Positions 38,601-53,600 of a stretch of DNA of 64,000 nt are shown here, one piece after another (positions within the stretch are counted from its first letter, which is position 1; each line of letters begins with the position of its first letter). This DNA comes from Squalus acanthias (Eukaryota). Location: NCBI GenBank assembly GCA_030390025.1, contig CM059432.1:58964001-59028000 (forward strand). Reading direction: 5' to 3'. The position numbers were made by a program, and so were the translations under genes. The notes under the pieces were generated by a model. It was not told the origin of the DNA. It saw only the letters and a program-made list of their open reading frames with translations, and did not search any database.

Positions 38601-41600
38601 ATGTTTGGTGAAGGCACTCCCATAGTGCTGTTAGGGAGGGAGTTCCAGGATATTGACCCAATGACAATGAAGGAATGGTGATATATTTCCAAGTCAGGAC
38701 AGGTGTGTGACTTGGAGGGAAATTTGGAGGTGATGGTGTTCCCATGCACCTGCTGCCCTTGTCCTTCCAGGTGGAAGAGGTCGCGGGTTTGGGAGGTGCT
38801 GCCGAAGAAGCCTTGGTGAGTTGCTACAGTGCATCTTGTAGATGGTACACACTGCAGCCACGTTGCGCTGGTGGCGGAGGGAGTGAATGTTTAAGGTGGT
38901 GGATGGGGTGCCAATCAAGCGGGCTGCTTTGTCCTGCTTGGTGTCAAGCTTCTTGAGTGTTGTTGGAGCAGCACTCATCCAGGCAGGTGGAGAGTAGAAC
39001 ATCACACTCCTGACTTGTGCCTTGTAGATGGTGGAAAGGCTTTGGGGAGTCAGGAGGTGAGACACTCGCTGCAGAATACCTAGCCTCTGACCTGCTCTTG
39101 TAGCCACAGTATTCGTGTGGCTGGTCCAGTTAAGCTTCTAGTCAATGGTAACCCCAGGATGTTGATGGTGGGGGAATCGGCAATGGTAATGCCGTTGAAT
39201 GTCAAGGGACGGTGGTTAGGCTCTCTCTTGTTGGAGATGGTTATTGCCTGGCACTTGCGTGGCGCAAATATTACTTGCCATTTATCAGCTCAAACCTGGA
39301 TGTTGCCCAGGTCTTGTTGCATGTGGGCATGGACTGCTTCATTATCTAAGGAGTTGCGAATGGCACTGAACACTGTGCAGTCATCAGCGAACATCCCCAC
39401 TTTTTTTCTTATGATGGAGGGAAGGTCATTGATGAAGCAGCTGAAGATGGTTGGGCCTAGGACACTGCCTTGAGGAACTCCTGCAGTGATGTCCTGGGGC
39501 TGTGATGATTGACCTCCAAAAACCAGAACCATCTTCCTTTGTGCTAGGTATGACTCCAGCCAGTGAAGAGTTTTCCCCCTGATTCCCATTGACTTCAGTT
39601 TTACTAGGGCTCCTTGATGCCACACTTGGTCCAATGCTGCCTTGATGTCAAGGGCAGCCACTCTCACCTCACCTCTGGAATTCAGCTCTTTTGTCCATGT
39701 TTGGACCAAGGCTGTAACAAGGTTTGGAGCTGAATGTTCCTGGCGGAACCCAAACTGAGCATTGGTGAGCAGGTTATTGGTAAGTGCTGCTAGATAGCAC
39801 TGTCGACGACACCTTCCATCACTTTGCTGATGATTGAGAGTAGGTTTATTGGGCAATAATTGGCCAGATTGGATTTGTCCTGCTTTTTTGGACAGCATAT
39901 ACTTGGGCAATTTTCCACTTTGGCGGGTAGATGCCATTGTTGTAGCTGTGCTGGAACAGCTTGGCTAGAGGCGCGGCTACTTCTCGAGCACAAGTCTTCA
40001 GCGCTACAGCCAGGATATTGTCGGGGCCAATAGCCTTTGCTGTATCCAATGCGCTCAGCAGTTTCTTGCTATCACATGGAGTGAATCAAATTGGCTGAAG
40101 ACTGGCATCTGTGATGGTGGGGACCTCAGGAGGAGGCCGAGATAGATCATGCACTCAGCACTTCTGGCTGAAGATGGTTGCAAACTCTTCAGCCTTGTCT
40201 TTTGCACTCACGTGCTGGCCTCCTCCATCATTGAAGATGGGGATATTCATGGAGCCTCCTCCTTCTGTTAATTGTTTAGTTGTCCAGTGGATGTGGCAGG
40301 ACTTCAGAGCTTTGATCTGATTCATTGGTTGTGGGATCGCTTAGCTCTGTCTATAGCATGCTGCTTCCACTGTTTAGCAACAAGGCTGTTCCTTTATTAT
40401 TTGCTCCTACATTATACTGATGAAAACAATGTATAGTTATGGCAGAAATGCCAGAAATTCCAGCACCTTTTGTTATCCATCTCATTTGAGCGTGTGCGCA
40501 GTGAAGGATCAGGCTGAATAAATGGCCCTTCCCAACCCGCCTAGAAATGTCACCAAAATGAAAACATGCAAACTTAAGAAAACAACGGACAGGAAAAGAC
40601 CAGCTGGTACATCAGCTCTGTCCCATACAGGATACAATCCCAGCGGAAAGCACCTGTATCATGCCCCGATCTCGTCAACAACAAAGTAGATTTTCAGCCT
40701 TATAAATTATATTTGGATATTTTATGAAATGTGTTGTTTAAAATCTAATGCTAGTTTCATAAGTCAATGTCTCCATTTTGTGTCAGAAGTAAAAAGCAGA
40801 ATAAAATACTATTTCACTTACCTTACAGCAGATCTCTTTGATTGACTCCTTCTTACAATTTTGCAAAGGCATCGTTGAAAGAATCGGCAGACTTCCAGAA
40901 CACACCGATTTATGTTTTGAGTACTCGCTGTTGGCTTCTCTTTTTGTTTGGGCTTAGCAATACCACCACAGTCTGCCGTGAATATTAAATCCTCATATGT
41001 AATAAGGTTAGTGCAACTTGACCTTTCATTCCCTAAATAGACTGTAAGGCTTCCAATCAGCAGCATAAAAAAATCCAGGACATGCTTTTCCTGTGGATTA
41101 CCACTTCCCCACCATAAAAGAATGTGATTTTCCCAGTGTTACCGTGATGATTTTCATATACATTTTCCTACATACACATATAAGTGGCATTGCACCCAGA
41201 ATATTATAGAAACAATGGCCCCGATATTTACGGGGAGGCAGGGAGGGTGTGGAGTAGGTCGAAAATGGCCAAAGAACTCGGCAAGGCTGAACTTAACAGC
41301 AGGACCTCATTAACATTTTTTAGATCTGTTTCCCGCCCGGCAACTGGCCAAATGGACAGTCTGGCCGGCAGCCGGGAGGGAACACGACTGGCAAGAGGCC
41401 GCAGTCGGGGACACTTGGGGTGGATCTGGCACAGGCACGATGGGCCGAATGGCCTACTTCTGTGCTGTTTGTTCCTATGAAAACCAAAATTGATTTCAGA
41501 TCAAATTATCCCTTTGATCTCTTGAACATCAAACACCTGAACTTTATTTTAACCTGACATTGACAAAATCTATACATTATTAACACAACTTACGTGATTG

Positions 41601-44600
41601 CAAAGGTCCAATTGTAATGCTTGGAGCAGATTGAAGCACATATTTAGGGGATGCTGGAAAGAATTGCACACATTTTATTGAACATTTCAAAAGCCATCTT
41701 TTACAGAATTTACTTAGATTTGTAAGATTATAAAGGAAACGCTGTAATGAAATATAAAACACAGCATAAAAATTAATTTTGAGCTTCTTTTACTATTTTT
41801 ACTCTTGATATTTTTAGTCTTGTGTTTCAAATTACTGTTTCAGATGAGCCATAGCTCTATACGTCCTTGAGAGTCTTTTCATTTGCTCTGATATCTAGGT
41901 AAAATTCCTAGTGTGCCCAGGATAATGAATGGGGAACCCTTCTTTAGATTACTTCAACTATTAGTTCAACCTTTGCCTTGTGTTTAATTTTTATGCATAA
42001 TGGTTCTTTTTCTTTCCTTTTCACACGAACTATGGAAGTTGTCTTGCTTAACTAACTCTCTTCAGAAGTTCCAGACAGATTCTCAGAAATGAAAAAGATA
42101 GGCTGATAAATCTTTCCCGAAAGTGTGGTTGCAACCCCATTTATGCGTGAAAACTGGGCTTCTCGCACAATTCTGGTGAAGGAACGCCGGTGGAGCAGAA
42201 GCAGCTCTGAGGAACTTCCCGGCCTAAGATTTGGATTTTCCTGGATAAAATTGGGTCAACCCAATTCAGGTTTGAAATTTCATTCAGAGCTCGTACTTAA
42301 TCCACTGCTCTACGGTCAGGAAGTACTCCTTTTCTCTAAAGATAGTGTTAGTTTAATCATTTCAAATCTGCATCAAGACAATGGAATATTAAAACCACAT
42401 GTACCTGTGGATAGCTGTGTCTGTAATGTGGTTGTCATCATCCTTCTGACGTCTTCTGTAGCTGATGTGATCAACGTCGAAATGGTTGTTGATGCTGAAA
42501 TGTAATAACAATCCTGTTTTTAAAATAATCTTACATATGCTTTAACTTAATTCTCCCTTCATTTTTGGGCCTGTGTGCTCAAAAAGATGATCCATGACAG
42601 TTATACAGGCTGGAAGTTTACTTAGTCCGGTCATTATCAATAATGACAAAAATTAATGGCAAGCTACAGGTAAGATAAAGTGCAGAGTTCATTGAATCCA
42701 TTGTGCTGGTGTATGCAAATTAAATAGATATTGGCCCAAAAATTAGTGTCTCTCGCGTATTCTGTCTCCAATTGCCGGTTTTCTGCATGCACTGCGCATG
42801 CGCTGAAAACCAGCACTTGGTGATTTCAAAAGGGGGCGGTTCCTAGGTGAACCGCGTGTGCGCTACAGGCTGCGCGCACGCAGTGCACTTAGTGCTTTGA
42901 ACGCGCAGGTAAGCATGGAAGATTTTGCACATAAAGAAAGGAGGCGTAAGACCCTCTTTTAACAAGGTAAGTAGTTAATTAAGTATTATTTTAAAAAATT
43001 TTCAACAGGTATATCTTTTTTAGAGACTTTAAAGAAAGGTAAGTTTATTTTTATAACTTTTTAAAAGATTTTAAATTTTTTCAAAAATTTAATTTTTTGT
43101 TTAAAGTGGTTAATTTATTTAACTATACTTATTTTATTAATGTGATGGTTTTTTAAAATTTAATTGAGGTTTAGCTGTTCTTTTGAGGGGGTATAGATTC
43201 ATAGCTTTCACAGCACTTGCTGTGAAAACTATGAATGAAAGATGGTGTGCTGCCATTGGCTCTAACTGAATCACGTGATCCCACAGCTCGCACGAATTAA
43301 CTGCGCCTGTGGGATACGGAAGCACTGCACAGCTGCTGTCTAGAAAATCAAGTTCGTGCGAGCTCGGAATGAAAAGGCAAGCGCGCAGTGAGATATCGCG
43401 GGGAAGCCTTACCCCCGCACGAAGGCTCCGTCTTTAATTTCTGGGCCATTGTCTTGCTTGCAGCAGTGGACAGCTTTGGGGGGAATAAATAGGTAAAGTG
43501 GGTACTGGCTGTCATAGGTATATAGTTGTGCAAGGTAAAGGAAAGGAAAGGACTTGCATTTATGTACCATCTTTCAGGATGCCAGGACACACGAAGCGAT
43601 TTACAGCCAATTAACTACTTTTGAAGTGTAGTCACTGTTGTAATGTAGGGAAACGGGGCAGTCAATTTTCACACAGCAAGGTCTCACAACAGCAATGAGA
43701 TACATGACCAGATAAACTGTTTTGAGGTATAATTATTGGCCAGATCACAGTGTGAACTCTCCTGTTCTTCTTTGGATAGTTTCGTAGGATTTTTCATATC
43801 CACATGAGAGGGCAGTCGGGGCAGTTGGTTTAATGTCTCATCTGAAAGCCGGCACCTCCAACAGTGCAACACTCACTCAGTACTGAATTGAAGTGTCAGC
43901 CTGGATTATATGTTCAAATCTCTGGAATGGGGTTTAAACCAATGACCTCCTGACAGAGGCAAGAGTGCCTATACCTAGACTATTTACAGATGTTAATAAG
44001 ACTGGCCCTTTTTAAACAGATTTTAGACCTTCACTTGGACCTATGCAGGAAAATACCTCCTGAATTATCAGTTAGAATTTCCTAAGCAGGATATGGTGCA
44101 TGGTATGTGGAAGATGATTCATCTTTAGTGACTCAGGATGAAATACGGCAGCGTGCATTTCGTTCCCACACTCTTGGTACTTGTGGCATCTCAAACTGAG
44201 ATTGTTGAACTGGTGCCAGTTGGTACCAAACTGAAAGTAGCTTTGTGCATGTGGACTTGTATTAACTGGGAATTGGAGACTGTCAGACTAATTTCACCAG
44301 GAACACTTAGCAGCTGTTAGGAAAAGCAGACATTTAGTCCAACTGTCTGAGCTGGATTCAGTCCCAGTTGTAGATGTGACAGGATAGGGCTCTAATACAT
44401 TGCGCTGGCCAGTCCCCGAGAAGTGTTCACTTGTGAACATTTTAAGCGGTCCTAAAGGATTGCCTAGAAAGAAACAATGGCCCGTATTTTCCGATCGGAG
44501 GCTTCCTGTGTGCGGAGGCCTCCGATCTGGAAAAATCTACGCCCTTACCTCAGGGCTCCGGAGGTCCGGACATTTCCGCTCCTGGGCCTCTGCTCTACAA

Positions 44601-47600
44601 AATGCGCAGGGCCCAGGGGCGCAGGTGGTTCGCAAGTGTCCCTGGGATCACGTGGGCCATGGGGGACCAATGAAAGAATGGAATCCCCCTTCACACTTTT
44701 GACAGGTCTCTCAGCTTAGACCCGTCAAAAGTATGAATGGGGATCACTCCAAAAACACATCAAAACATTAAATAAATTTTTTTTAAATCACATTTTTAAA
44801 ATTAGTTAAAATTACATTAAATTAAATATTTTAAACAAAAATTAAATTTTTGGAAAAAAAATTAAAGTTTTTACGGGGCTAAAAATAAACTTACCTTTTA
44901 TTAAAGTATTTTTAAATTATAAATGAGTTTTTAAACTCTTATGCTGGTAAAAGCAGGCCTTATGTCTGCTTTTACCAGGCATAAGATTTTTAAGGGATTT
45001 CAGCGGGCGGAGGTTCTGCAGAAAGCGGAACTCTCCACCCGCAGAGGCCCTTCTCCAGGGCAGGCGGAGGATCTGTCAAGAGGATTCTTGACAGATCGGA
45101 AGTGCCGGTTTTCAGTGCATGCGCTTCGCATGCCTGAAACCGGCACTTGCGAGGTCCCTACGGGTGTGTACACAGCGCGTACACACCCATAGGGATCGGA
45201 AAATACGGGCCATTGTAAATCACCTCAAGAATTCTGTCGTAATAAAAATACAAACCGTGTTTGTGTTAAACTCAGCCTGCAGCTCATGATCTGAGTATTC
45301 CGCTGCCAATGTATGTATTATAGGAAAGGTCATACAAGTTGTCAATTTTGGAGCAACTGCTGTGCTACCATTTATAAGTGGGAATGACAAAGTAGTGCAG
45401 TGTGATTGGGTATTATTACCAGCACTTTTTGGAAGATTAAAATAGACCACTTGAAAAGCCGCTTTTTCTAATAAACCTTTTACAATAGCAAACAGGACCT
45501 GAATCAACCCATTAATTTGACTCCAGCTTGACACTGTACATCGCCACCTCTGAGATGGGTTTCCACATGCAAATGGAAAAATCCAAGCCCTCCGTTTGCT
45601 TTTGATGGCACTGTATGCAGCAATGGAGGCATCAGCCACCAAAGAAACATGGCCATCACCAGGCAAAGTGTTTGGTCCCTTCAATCTTCATCCCTCTACA
45701 CGCAGTAAAGGCGCTATATAAATGCAAGTTGTTGTTGTTGTTGAAATGGTTTTGCCACATTCACTTCTATGGAGCTTCCCCAGTGACTGGAAAGAAAACT
45801 TCAACCTTTTTTTGAACGTCCTCAATTACTGGGAAAGGCCCACATAGACCAATTGCAGTAAGCAGACTGATGAGGATCACAGGATATCACACATTCACAT
45901 TATTTACATAAATTTAAATAGAACTGGGGCCCTAATGAGGCCCAGTGGGCAGACTGAATCGGGTGATAATCATGCCTAAAGTCTGTTCGCCCAATCTCCC
46001 ACCCCCAACTCCCATTTGTAAGTTCTTCACCTGTGGCACTGCTAAAGACCAGTGGAAAATCTACCTTTATGTCTCATGGGATCAAACAGGATCATGTAAA
46101 GTAAACAAAATACTGATAACAAGATTGGTAAGAGTTGCCAGCACATTCCCTGTTGCTCAGCTCCCGGATCTCCCAATACTAGCCTTGGCCTTCCCGATTG
46201 CTTGCTTTCTGTGTCTCCAGTCCCTGGTAGGTTTGGCTCTTGATGCTAGTTCCCCATCCTGCTTTCGCCCCACCCACTCACAACTCTGACCTTCACATAA
46301 TCCACCACAATTTGTCCAGGCCTCAACTTTGATCCCCTGAGCAATGCTACAGGGGATGTGATAATAAGAGGTAAACAATAAACATGAGTAAGTAACTGTA
46401 CTGACCAGTGGTAGTAGGTTTTCTGTTGTAGAATGTTTCATTTATAACTGGCTGCAGTGAATCTGAAAACCACAGTGAGGTCATATCTCTGTCTGTAATA
46501 ACAACAGCAATATCAAGTATTTAATATTATGTCTCTATTTATAACAACTATATATCAAGTCTGTATTTGTTGGTACCCTATATAACTAGTCAGTCCATCC
46601 AGATATAATTGTGAAGCACTTTGAGATATTTCTATATGATAAGACACCATATAAATGGAATGTCTAATTTCTATTGGTAGTAATAATTTATCTGCTTCAC
46701 CTTTTTATTAATGACAATATCCAATCTGTTTTTGTCTGTAATAATATCTAGGAACATATCTAGTCTTTATCTTTAATACCAACAATATTTAGTACGCCAG
46801 ATTGGGTAAGATACCAACATACAAACGAATACAATTGATGGCCAAAAAGGACCAGCTGGCCCATCAAGCCTGCCCCACACCAGGAGCAGCACCAGGCATA
46901 CCTAAAAATGCAGTGCCAACCTGGGGAAGCTGCAACACAGGACAACACGCATGCGAAACAGCATGCTATAGACAGAGCTAAGCAATCCCACAATCAACGG
47001 ACCAGACCAAAGCTCTACAGTCCTGCCACATCCAGTCGTGAATGGTGGTGGATCATTAGCCAACTAACGGGAGGAGGAGGCTCCATGAACATCCCCATCC
47101 TCAATGATGGTGGAGCCCAGCACGTAAGTGCAAAAGACATGGCTGAAGCGTTTGCAACCATCTTCAGCCAGAAGTGCCGAGTGGATGGTCCATATTGGTC
47201 TCCTCCAGAGGTCCCAACCACCACAGAAGCCAGTCTTCAGCCAATTCGATTCACTCCACGTGATATCAAGAAACGGCTGAGCGCACTGGATACAGCAAAG
47301 GCTATGGGCCCCGACAACATCTCGGCTGTCGTGCTGAAGACTTGTGCTCCAGAACTAGCCGCGCCTCCAGCCAAGCTGTTCCAGTACAACTACATCCGAT
47401 AATGTGGAAAACTGCCCAGGTATGTCCTGTCCACAAAAAGCAGGACCAATCTGGCCAATTACCGCCCCATCAGTCTAGTCTCAATCATCAGCAAAGTGAT
47501 AAAAGGTGTCAATCAAGCGGCACTTACTCACCAATAACCTGCTCACTGATGCGCAGTTTGGGTTCTGCCAAGACCACTCGGCTCCCGACCTCCAAACATG

Positions 47601-50600
47601 GACTAAAGGAACTGAATTCCAGAGGTGAGGTGAGAGTGACTGCCCTTGACATCAAGGCAGCATTTGACCGAGTGTGGTATCAAGGAGCCCTAGTAAAACT
47701 GAAGTCAATGGGAATCGGGGGGAAAACTCTCCATTGGCTGGAGTCATACCTAGCACAAAGGAAGATGGTTGTGGTCGTAGAAGGTCAATCATCTCAGCCC
47801 CAGGACATCGCTGCAGGAGTTCCTCAGGGCAGTGTCCTAGGCCCAACCATCTTCAGCTGCTTCATCAATGACCTAGCCTCCAACATAAGGTCAGAAATGG
47901 AGATGTTCGCTGATGACTGCACAGTGTTCAGTGCCATTCACAACTCCTCAGATAATGAAGCAGACCATGCCCGCAAGCAACAAGACCTGGACGACGTTCA
48001 GGCTTGGGCTGATAAGTGGCAGGTAACATTCGCATCACACAAGTGCCAGGCAATGACTATCTCCAACAAGTGAGAGTCTAACCACCACCCCTTGACATTC
48101 AATGGCATTACCATCACCGAATCCCCCACCATCAACATCCTGGGGAGGGGGGGGGGGTCACCATTGACCAGAAACCTAACTGGAGCAGCTACATAAATAC
48201 TGTGGCAACAAGAGCAGGTCAGAGGCTGGGTATTCTGCGGCGAGTGTCTCACCTCCTGACTCCCCAAAGCCTTTCTACCATCTACAAGGCACAAGTAAGG
48301 AGTGTGATGGAATACTCTCCACTTGCCTGGATGACTGCAGCTCCAACAACACTCAAGAAGCTCGACACCAAGCAGGACAAAGCAGCCCGCTTGATTGGCA
48401 CCCCATCCACCATCTTAAACATTCACTCCCTCCAGCATCAGCATACCGTGGCTGCAGTGTGTACCATCTACAAGATGCACTGCAACAACTTGCCAAGGCT
48501 TCTTTGGCAGCACCTCTCAAACCCGCGACCTCTTCCACCTAGAAGGACAAGGGCAGCAGGCGCATGTGAACACCACCACCTCCAAGTTCCCCTCCAAGTC
48601 ACACACCATCCTGATCTGGAAGTATATCGCCGTTCCTTCATTGTCGCTGGGTCAAAATCTGGAACTCCCTCCCTAACAGCACTGTGGGAGTATCTTCACC
48701 ACATGGACTGCAGCGGTTCAAGAAAGAGGTGCACCACCACCTTCTCAAGGGCAATTAGGGATGGGCAATAAATGCTGGCCTTGCCAGCGACGCCCACATC
48801 CCATGAATGAATAAAAAAAACACATGATGGTCGGACCACCATGGCTAAACATTTCATGGCAGAAACATTGGGGAAACAAGGCAATGAGGCCTACCACCAC
48901 CTCTCTGTTTGGCCTTGATTTTACTGCACTTGTTCTCGTCGGGATTGCCTACGGCCACCACTTCCCTCCTCGCCACATATGAATGACGACAGGAGATGAG
49001 GCCTGACAAGCTGCCCTATTTCCCTGCCTTTTGCCTGTTCCACTGCCACCCAGTGACCACCAGGTGTCTGTAGAGAGCAGTAATCTCTGGGGTAGCAGTG
49101 GAAGGCTCCCTGATAACCCTTTTGGTGGGAGGGTGCCTCATAGAAGCCTTGTCCTGGACTGAGGCCAAACAACTACCTGTCTTCCTTCATTTTCAGGGCG
49201 TTTCTGCCACCTGTAACTTGTCCTGATTCTTCCAGTGCTGCAGCAATGGTCCCGTTGCAGCCCTGTAGTACGTTGCTTTACTCCTGCTTGCTCACAGGGA
49301 TCCCACTGGCAGTCCACCCTGCATAACTAATGAGCATCGACCTAGGGAAATGTGTTGGAGCTACGGCAAGGTCAAGGCGCCAGGCACAATTTCCACCCTA
49401 CCCTCCTGGGCCAGGAAGTGTAAAATCCAGGCCTTTTCTTTATAGACCATCCACATGTACCATGGAGTACTGGCCACCACATATACAACATTACAATGCA
49501 AAACACTGGCCCACTGACCACTACTACTAAATTAAAAACTACTTTGTTCAAGTGAATTTACATAAAAGCAGTCTCTCCAAACTAAATTCCAGATGGATTG
49601 AGAATTTTCCTCCAATGATGAAGCAATGCTGAGAATAGACATTTCCAAACAAGCCAACATAATTTGGTGAACAGAGTAAGAAATATAAAGTCAAGCAGGC
49701 ATTGTTTTGACGGGGATTTTGCTGACTAGATAGTCAGGATTACAGGCCATAATTTGGACACACAGATTGAGCCTCTGTAATACTGTTATATTAAATAACT
49801 GTTTTTAAATGCAATAGCACTTAAAAAGTAAACATCTTACCCAGAACACCAGCCATAACACAGATGAAAATGCAGTCTGTCTCGTTTTTACTCACTGCAA
49901 CGGAAATAGATCTCAAATTAATCCGTTCCTTAATTACTGTACTGTACCTCATAATATAGCCAGTGATACATCATACAGAGAATAGTAAAATTTGAAGTTA
50001 TTTCTCAGTAGAAGTAACCTGATATCCTTTAAGCGCCAAAGATAGAAATACAATGTCTTGTGAACCTCAGTGCCAGTATTACTCTGAATTATCAGGACAT
50101 AAGCAAGAGTGGCCCAAGGATAACTCTCTGGCTGGTTTTTCCTTTCCATGAAGAAGAATGGAGAAGGAAAATTGAAGGGAAGAATCACACCTGGGTAGTC
50201 CTTGGTGTCTTCTGATGGTTGATGATGAGCTAATGATGGCAGCCTGAGGGTAGGCCATTCAGGTGCCCTCTCAGTTGCAGAGACATGAGGCTAGGTAGAT
50301 GAAAAAAGGAATAATTTACAGAAAAGAGGGAAGCTTATCCTTAAAATAATATCCTCATCAAAAGTAAAAATAGATATTCTCCTTTACACCACAGGGTCAT
50401 TTACAAAATTTGCTCCCCCGCTGAGAGTGCCTGCTGATAAACTGGAGGCACACTCGCCATAACTTTCTGTCCATTCACATTGATGGATCAGAAGTCGTGG
50501 AAACAGGCTCTCGAATCCCCGATATGCACTACTAGCAGGCAAGGCTCTGTGTTGGGTGTACAATTTTGTAAAATTACCCTTCATAGGGAGATCTTTTCAC

Positions 50601-53600
50601 ATAGTCCAATGGCACACGATGAAGGGAGGTTTTGTGTGTGGACTCTGTGTAACTAATCATTATTTTAATCAAGTTTCTGATTTTATTGTATGTAAGGGAT
50701 ACATTTTCTAACTTTGCACTCCTTGACTGGTAAGGCCCCCACTGGAAGTGTGAAGTCAGAAAATGACCCATATAGTGCACAGAGGAAGTCATCCTCCGAT
50801 GTTGGTATACTAATGCAGCATACCATGAAGCAGTGAGCCCCTGATCTCAACTGGGCTGTTAAGAGCACCTACTTGGTATTGGATTGTTTATGTTGAATGT
50901 TAACCAGGCATTTAAATGGTGTTTCCCCAAATCCTACCATATTCAATAGGTGCTGAACAATCCTTTCATGTTACAATTTGCTATATACCATTCCCTTAAA
51001 ATGTAATTATACTTTAAGGTTAAGTTCACGTAATGTAAATGAACCATGCAATGATCCAATCTTTGTTGGTCCTCTTGGTAGAAATGCCACTTGTGGACCA
51101 GAAGAATGGACACTTTGCTACTTCAATATCATTTTGCTGGCAGTAACAGTGCAGGAATAAAGTGCTGAACAGCATTGCAGGAGGGAAAACGCTTTCTCTT
51201 ATCCATTAACCACAGATCTAGGGGCCAATATTTACTTTCAGCGGTGGTAGAAAACTAACGGTATCAGATTGTCTTCCCACTATACATCCCACCCAATTTT
51301 CCTTTGCATTGATGTCAATGGAAAGGAAAATCAGGTGGGTGTATAACAGGCAGCTGATCCATTTCCACCAATCTTCCATAAGAACATAAGAAATAGGAGC
51401 TGGAGTAGACCATTCGGCACTTCGAGCTTGCTCCGCCATTCAATGAGATCATGGCTGATCTTCTACCTCAACTCCACCTTCCCGCACTATCCCCATATCC
51501 TTGAGTCCCTTAGTATCCAAAAATCTATCGATCTCTGTCTTGAATATACTCAACGACTGAGCTTCCACAGTTCTCTCGGGTAGAGAATTCCAAATTTTCA
51601 CAACCCTTTGAGTGAAGAAATTTCTCCTCATCTCAGTCCTAAATGGCCTACCCCTTATCCTGAGACTATGCCCCCTAGTTCTAGACACTCCAGCCAGGGG
51701 AAACAACCTCTCAGCAATCCCCTTCAGAATCTTGTATGTTTCAATGAGATCACCTCTCATTCTTCTAAACTCCAGAGAGTATAGGCCTAATCTACACAAT
51801 CTCTCACCATAGGACAGCCCTCTCATCCCAGGAGTCAATCTAGTGAACCTCCATTGCACCGCCTCCAAGGCAAGTATATCCTTCCTTAGATAAGGAGACC
51901 AAAAACTGTGCACAGTACTCCCCAGCCAGGGGAAGCATCCTCCCAGCATCTACCCCATCAATCCCCTTAAGAATTTTATATGTTTCAATGAGATCACCTC
52001 TCATTCTTTTAAACTCTAGGGAACATAGCCCTAGTCTACTCAAACAGCCAAAAGTGAAACTTGGCCCCCTAATCTTTCATGCCTACTCCTATCAATCTTA
52101 ATAGTATAATGGCAATAATGTCAATAATTTCAAAATGTGCAAAGGTCATTAAACCCTCCCTCTTGCCCAGGATCATTAACCCTTCCCTCACACCCAGGAT
52201 CACTAACCCTTCCCCCATGCCCAGGATCACTAACCCTTCCCTCATGCCCAGGATCACTAACCCTTCCCTCATGCCCAGGATCACTAACCCTTCCCCCATG
52301 CCCAGGATCACTAACCCTTCCCCCATGCCCAGGATCACTAACCCTTCCCTCATGCCCAGGATCACTAACCCTTCCCTCATGCCCAAGCCAATATTCCACC
52401 TAGTATCTCTCTATCTGCTTCTTTGGTTTCCAAGGGTCCAAAGTAACCAAGAAGTAGCACCTTAAACTTTGGTTAAATATTTTTAAAATATCATACGATA
52501 ATCAAATAAAATAGCAAACCATAGAGAATGGAGCTAGACTTAAAAATCTCCTTGAAGAAGCTGGTGGTATTCCCCACAAAGTCGACTACAATGGCAGTGA
52601 AATCTGTAAAGACAACAACATATAGAACATCTCTCTATTGTCATGAATTGTTGTCTTGCATGTTGGAACAGTACAAGGTTTATGTAAAGTTAATTAATCT
52701 GTTCCTTCTTATCAACTAATCAATGAACAACAATCTCACAAAGAAGAGTTCAGACAACACAACTAGAAGACTGGTATCATAAACTAAACTATTAATATGC
52801 AGAGGATCCCTATGGGGAAAAAAATATCTTCAGGCACATATATCTAATCATATTTTGACATTGCTATGACCCTGGGATACAGAATACTATTAAAATGTGG
52901 ATTTGAGTTTAGTGGAGTTGGAAGTGTTCGACATTTGTAAAGTTGCACATTAATCTATGAGTAGATTCATAGATTAACTGAAGTCCCTTACCCAGCAATA
53001 AGGTACTTTAGTAATGTGGAGAAACTAGAGAAGTTGGGATTGTTCTCCTTAGAGCAAAGAAGGTTACGGGGAGATTTAATAGAGGTGTTCAAAATTATGA
53101 GGGGTTTTGATAGAGTAAATAAGGGATAAACTATTTCCATTGGTGGGTGGGTCGGTAACCAGAGGACACAGATTTAAGATCATTAACAAAATATCCAGAG
53201 AGGAGATGAGGAGAACTTTTTTTATGCAGCAAGTTGTTATAATCTGGAATGCACTGCCTGAAAAGGTGGTGGAAGCAGATTCAATATTAACTTTCGAAGG
53301 GAATTGGATATATACTTGAAAAGGAAAATTTTGCACGGCTATGGGGAAATCGCAAGGGAGTAGAACTAATTGCATAGCTCTTTCAAAGAGCCGGCACAAG
53401 CACGATGGGCTGAATGGCCTCCTTCTGTGCTATAAGATTCTATTCTATTCTATAGATACTACAGTTGATATAAATGAGGGGTTAGTATCAGCTTCTTCAG
53501 ACACAACTGAAAATGAGTGCCCCGCAGATGAAACCACATAAAATTCAGGAGGGAGGACTGGGAACATCCCCTTCTTCCTCAGTATTATGGCTGCCCTGGC

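Noticed and set aside
52069..52465. Repeat-protein ORFs or a CRISPR-like array
   Set aside because: The 27-bp unit keeps frames open trivially; there are no unique spacers, and the context is a eukaryotic intron
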